Positions 28,601 to 34,600 of a DNA stretch of 64,000 nt are shown piece after piece. Source of the DNA: a virus; the IMG/VR virus record IMGVR_UViG_3300030085_002462; one strand, 5' to 3'. The notes under the pieces are model-generated. The model was not told where the DNA came from, searched no databases, and saw only the letters and a program-made list of their open reading frames with translations. How positions within the stretch are numbered: the stretch's first letter is position 1; the number at the start of each line of letters is the position of its first letter. The position numbers were made by a program, and so were the translations under genes.

Positions 28601-31600
28601 ATTATATTAACGAAGTTACTACAGCAATTAGTCGTTACTATGATGCTGGAAACAGAATCATTGATAATAGACAAGAAATTATTGATTTTGCTGAAGCACA
28701 GATCACAGTTGATCATCCTGGTTTCTACTATCCTGGTGCTCAACAAACTGATCAATGGGGTAGATTCCGTGATGCATATCGTTTGATTATCAAGAATAAA
28801 GACCTCATTGTTGATTACACTTATGAATTGATGGTTGCACAATTCCCATCATTGGTTGTGCCTAGTGCTGATAAGTGTAAGAGAGATCTTGGTAAGTTTA
28901 TCGATGCTGTTGCTAGAGATACACACTCTGGTGGTAACGTCTATGGACGTAAATTTACCATGCAATATTTTGATTCCAACAGTGGTTTGGCATACATCTC
29001 CAGTGAGATTGCTGAGACACGTTGGGCATATGAGAAAGCAAAAGATTTGATGCTTCTTGCTATTACCAACCAACTTTCTGGTAACTATGGTAGTGGCAAC
29101 TTCGGTCCTGCTTATAACGAGATTTCTGTTGGTGGTAGCGGCGGCACTGGTATTACTATTGACCCTGCACCTGGCAATCCTTATGGCACTGCAGGATCTA
29201 ATACTACTGCTAACGATCCTGGCAACTGCTCTGATGTCCAGTCTGCAATTACAACTACTTGGACATATATTGATGAAACTCTTGGAGCAGGTAACATGGA
29301 TGACCTGCCTGATGAAGTGCTTCCTACAGAATTCACTCTTAACCAAACCAAGTGTCGTCGTGATATCGGAATCTTTGTTGATGCAATCGTTGAAGATCTT
29401 AAGTCCAACGGTAACTGGGGCGTCGTTAAGTTTACTAAGAAATACTTCGATGGTGCTGGTGCACCTATCTCCAACGGTCTAGTTGGCGAAGTTGCTGAAT
29501 CTATCACAGCATTTAACCATGCTCGCACACTGATGTATAGTGCGATCAACAACTTGCTGTATGGAAAGGATCTTACCATCACTGCAGATCCTGCATCTTA
29601 TGGTGGTAGTGCTCCTGGTCATAAGTATGATCCTAACTATGCAAATGGCAGCAATCAGTTGCTCACTAACTGTGCAGATGTTAAGGCATCGATCGATACA
29701 TTGTTGGCAGTTGCAACAACAGCAATTAGTGCTGGTAACCTTAATAATATTGTTGCTCTTGAGCAAGCAAATCAGGTTACTGATGGCACATACACTATCG
29801 GTGAAACGATTCGTGTTAATAAGATTGCATACCAAGAAAAAGGCGATGGTCTCTTCTTCAGAGATGACGTTATTAAGGGTATGTCTAGCAATGCATCCTT
29901 CACTGCACTCGGTGTTAACACTGGTTTCAGATGGTTGTTTGCTGGTAATGTAACTGGATCATTCCAGTCTAGAGAGTATATTACTAACAGTCAGTTGGAT
30001 GTTGGTAGTGGTGTTTCTCAGACTGTAATTAACGTTGCTGCTGGATCTAAATCACTCAAGTTTGATGGATCTTCAAACTCTTATATCAACATGCCTAACA
30101 GCTATGATTATGAGTTTGGCACTGGTGACTTTACAATCGAAGGTTGGTATTATTTCCCTGCAACAACTGCTAGCCCACAGCAAGTCCTCTTCGACGTTGG
30201 TTATCAAACTGACTATCAGATTGTAGTTGTTTGGGATACAGTTATTAGAGCATATACTGCAACTAACGGTCAAGGCACAGATCTCTACAATACTGCTAAT
30301 AAGGTAACACCTTCAGCAAATACATGGCACCACATCGCTCTTGTTAAGGGTAGTAATGTGATGACTCTGTATGTTGATGGTGTCGTTACTGGTCAGGTTG
30401 GTGATACTGGCACATATAACTATGGTCACGTCACTATCGGTGCATCTGCTGCTACTAACGCAGGTAACTTTAATGGTGGTGTCGATCACTTCATCGTTTC
30501 TAATGCTGCAAGGTATACTCAACCATTTACACCTAGCGCTGTCTACGATTCTACTGCTGATGACGTTATTACATCCTTCAATAATGAGCATCCAATTTTG
30601 GTTGCTGATCAGGATGTTTATGCGAAGTATACTGACACTATTACAGCCAACGCAACTGCTACTTACGTTGACTACGATGATGACAGAATTACAATTCAGG
30701 AATGGGATATTGGTAGACAGGAATATAGAGATGCCGCTGATATCATCGAGAAGAATGCTGCATGGATTGCAGAAGAAGCAGTCGGTAGACTGAAACTCCG
30801 TTATCCTGATTTCGTCTTCCCTGGCGATAACCCTGCTGCAAATACTTACGGTGGCACAAACTATTGTATTCGTGACACTAGAGACTACATCGTTCCTGCA
30901 ATGGTCAAAGACCTCAGAAATGGTGGTAATTATAATGTAACTACTACTGCAAGATTCTATCTGACTAAGGGTGGAGAGCTGGAGTTTATCGGCAATGAAT
31001 TGCTACAAACTCTGTATACATGGGATCAAGTTGCTGATATTGCTAAAGAAGTCGTTACTTCCACAAGTCTTGATCTTTCTGGCACATACAGCACAATTCT
31101 TCGTATTCCTAACAACTTCTCTTCTCCTGCATCTCAACCAGTCCTAGACGAAATTCAAGCACTCTCTGATGAGATTGCTACTATTCTGTCTCCAACAGGT
31201 CACAGATATCGTGATGCTGGTGATCTCATTTGGAAGAATAAGGACTACATTGCAGATGAAGCAGTTGGTTATATTCAAGACAAGTATACTAAAGATATCG
31301 CTGGCACCCTCACAGACTTCCTTATCATGCCTGGTAATGGAGAGCCTAGCTGCCATCGCGATCTTTCCGACCATGTTATCCCTGCAATTATCGGTGACCT
31401 CTGCACTGGCGGTAACGCTAACACCCAGACGATCATCAGTAAGTATCTGAATAACCAAGATCAGATCCTACACGTACAGGATGAGTTGTCACCTATGCTT
31501 GATGCGTTGCATTTCTGCAACGATCTTGCACAGAAAGCAATTAATAATCTCCTCTTGAGTCCTGGCGAAACTGCTTCTAGTTTGGGAATTGATGTTAGAT

Positions 31601-34600
31601 ATCAAGATGATTACTATGAGCCTCAGTGGACAACTAGAGATGCATTCAGAGGTGCTTCTACTACTATTGATAGTAAGGCATATCCTCAGGCAACTCGTGC
31701 ACAGAATGATAGATTCCTCGACGCTGCAGATCTACTACAAGCCAATAAGAAACTGATCGCTCATGAAGCAGTTGCATTCATGAATGATCTTGGTAAGTAT
31801 GGATCCTTCAACGTGCCTGGTGGAGCAATCAACTGTGTTGATGACGTTGTAGATATCCTCGATGCAGTAACCCATGACCTTTCTTATGACTGTAATGAAA
31901 GGACATATGATGCATCTGCACTTTACTTGCGTGAAGAAGATAATGCACTGCTCCACGTTTCTACTGAAGCAGAAGCAACTCGCACAGTCCTAAGAGTTGC
32001 CAGAGACATGGCAATCCTAACCATGAGAAATGGTTTCGGTCGCCCCCATGTCGATGGTAACAACCCAGATTTCAGACCTGTTGAATCCTACGAGCAAAAC
32101 ACTGTCCATCAAGACGTGTATGATGCTTATCATTATCTCGATTCGCATATCAGATGGATTGCTAATGAGTCTGTGAAGCGTATGAAGGCTAACTACCCTA
32201 ACTTCACTGTTAATGGTGGTGCTGGTGCAATGTGGTGGAAGGAATTCACTCCAACAAATGCATCATATACTGCATCAACTGGTGTGTTGACTCTCACTAT
32301 TCCAGATCACAGACTTAACGTTGGTGAGTATATCAGTCTCGCTGCAAATGGTATTACATTTACCTGCAGTATGGATAGTAATGCAACTAACCATCCATAT
32401 CCACGAAATACTGATCCTGCTTACGAGAAACGTCTGCTAATCACAGATACAACTCCAGATACACTCACAATTAATGTCGGTGCATCTCCTTCAGGCCAGC
32501 AATACGACCACACATTTGTATCTGCTGTTACTGGTGCTGTCCGTTATGGATGGAATGATGGTGGAGAGCACTTCACTCCAACTGCTGTTAACTACACAGC
32601 AAGCACAGGTGAGATGGTCCTGACCATTCCTAACCACTCCTTCAACGTTGGTAGCAGAATGTCTATCGAGCCTCATAGCTTGGTATTCACTTGTGCTATG
32701 GATAATAACCAAAGCGAGCACGCATATCCTCGTAATGGTGATCCAGCATATGGCACAACTCGCGCTATCACTGCTATTGGCACTTCTACTCAAGATATTA
32801 CCAATGCAACTTATGATCCTGTCTCAGGTAAGATGGTTATCACAACAAGTGGCAACCATGGATTGGTAACTGGCAACAGAATTAAACTTGCTGCTAACTC
32901 CTTGACATTCACATGCACAATGGATAGCAATGGTAGTAACCATACTTATCCTCGTGCTACAGACCCTGCAAATGAGAAGTGGTTGCTTGTCAGCCGCGAG
33001 AGTGATACAACATTCTCTTGCTATGTGGGTGTTGCTGCAAACAATAACCAATATGCTCACACCTTTGTAAGTGCTACTGCTGGTGCACTTATCAAGCAAA
33101 ATGGCACTGTTACAGTTAACGTTGGTGCATCTCCTTCTAACAATCAATACGCTCACACTTTCGTGAGAGCTGTCCAAGGCGGAATCATTTCTGCTGGCGC
33201 TATCGATTGTGTCCATGACGTTGCAGATCTAATCCGTGCTGTCCTCTGGAATGCTGAGAATGGCGGTGACAACTATGTTGGTTTGGCAACTGAATTCTAC
33301 TTAAGTGGTCCTGCTATTATTCACGTTACTTCACAGGTAACTGAGACGCTTTACGCTATTCAGCAAGCGAAGAATATTATGATCAACATGGCGCTGGGTG
33401 CAGGTGTTGGATCTATTGTTGGTGAAGTTGCACAACCTCCAGCAAATACATTTAACGGCACTTCAGATCAGAATACAGAAATTCAGAATCGTTTGACATA
33501 TCTCTGGGATATTGTCGAAGATACAATGCAAGATCCTAATGGACAAAATGCTTCAACGTATCCTAATTCTGCTTCTAGTAAGAATTTCCAGTGGGAATTG
33601 CCTAACTTCTGGCCAATCAAATACACAAGCGAAATCGCTGATAGAGATCTCACCATCACCTTTGACTCCGCTAATGGTGGTCTAGGAAACAATGGTACAT
33701 GGAATCAAACTTGTCCACAAGTTGCGTCTTCTATCACTACCTTGATGGAAATTGTTGATAGCACCATTGTTGGTGGTTTGACAAATACAAATTATCTTAG
33801 CGGTATTACTCGCACAACGGCATACTCCTCTAACACCAACTATCAAGAAGGTACATGTGAGAATGTCAGATCGATGATTGATAACCTCTTCGTCTTGATG
33901 ACAGAATCTCTAACTGCTGACAATAGAAACTTGCGTCAGTATGCAGACCTCATGAGATTCAATGGTCCTGCAATTTACAGACGTGCGTATGATGAGACTG
34001 TTATTTCCTATCCTCAATTCGCTACACAGATCCTAACTTACAATTCAGATCCATATCTTCTTGGTAAGGAAATCGTTGATGCTATTCAGTATGACCTTAT
34101 TACTAAGGGTAACGCTGGTGCATTTAAGTTGATCGGTGATTGGTTTGATGGTGATGGTGCATTCATTGCATTCCCAAATATTATTAGATCTTTCCTCTTG
34201 GAATTCTTGTCCAAGATCAGAGAAATGGCCAAGTCTGTTATCTACCTCTCACAGACCGAACCTGAGTGGGCAGCATATTCAAATTACATCTATAACATTC
34301 CTATCAATACTCGCCTTGAGTGGAATCAAGAGCACGCTGAGTTTATCCTCGACTCCTCTTTGAATGTGATTCGCTATGCGATGTCAAGATCTGAATTCCC
34401 AACAGAAAACAGAGTCAACTTTGTCCCAAGCACTGACGTTGTTAATATTAGCAATAAGTATAATCTTGGTTACGATTGGAATACTGATCCTGCACTTGTC
34501 CTTCTTACACCTACAGTCCCTGTTGGTTATGACAGAGCAGAATACAGAATCAGAATCAACAAGCCTAACAACTTTAGAAGAGGTGACATTGTTACCTACA

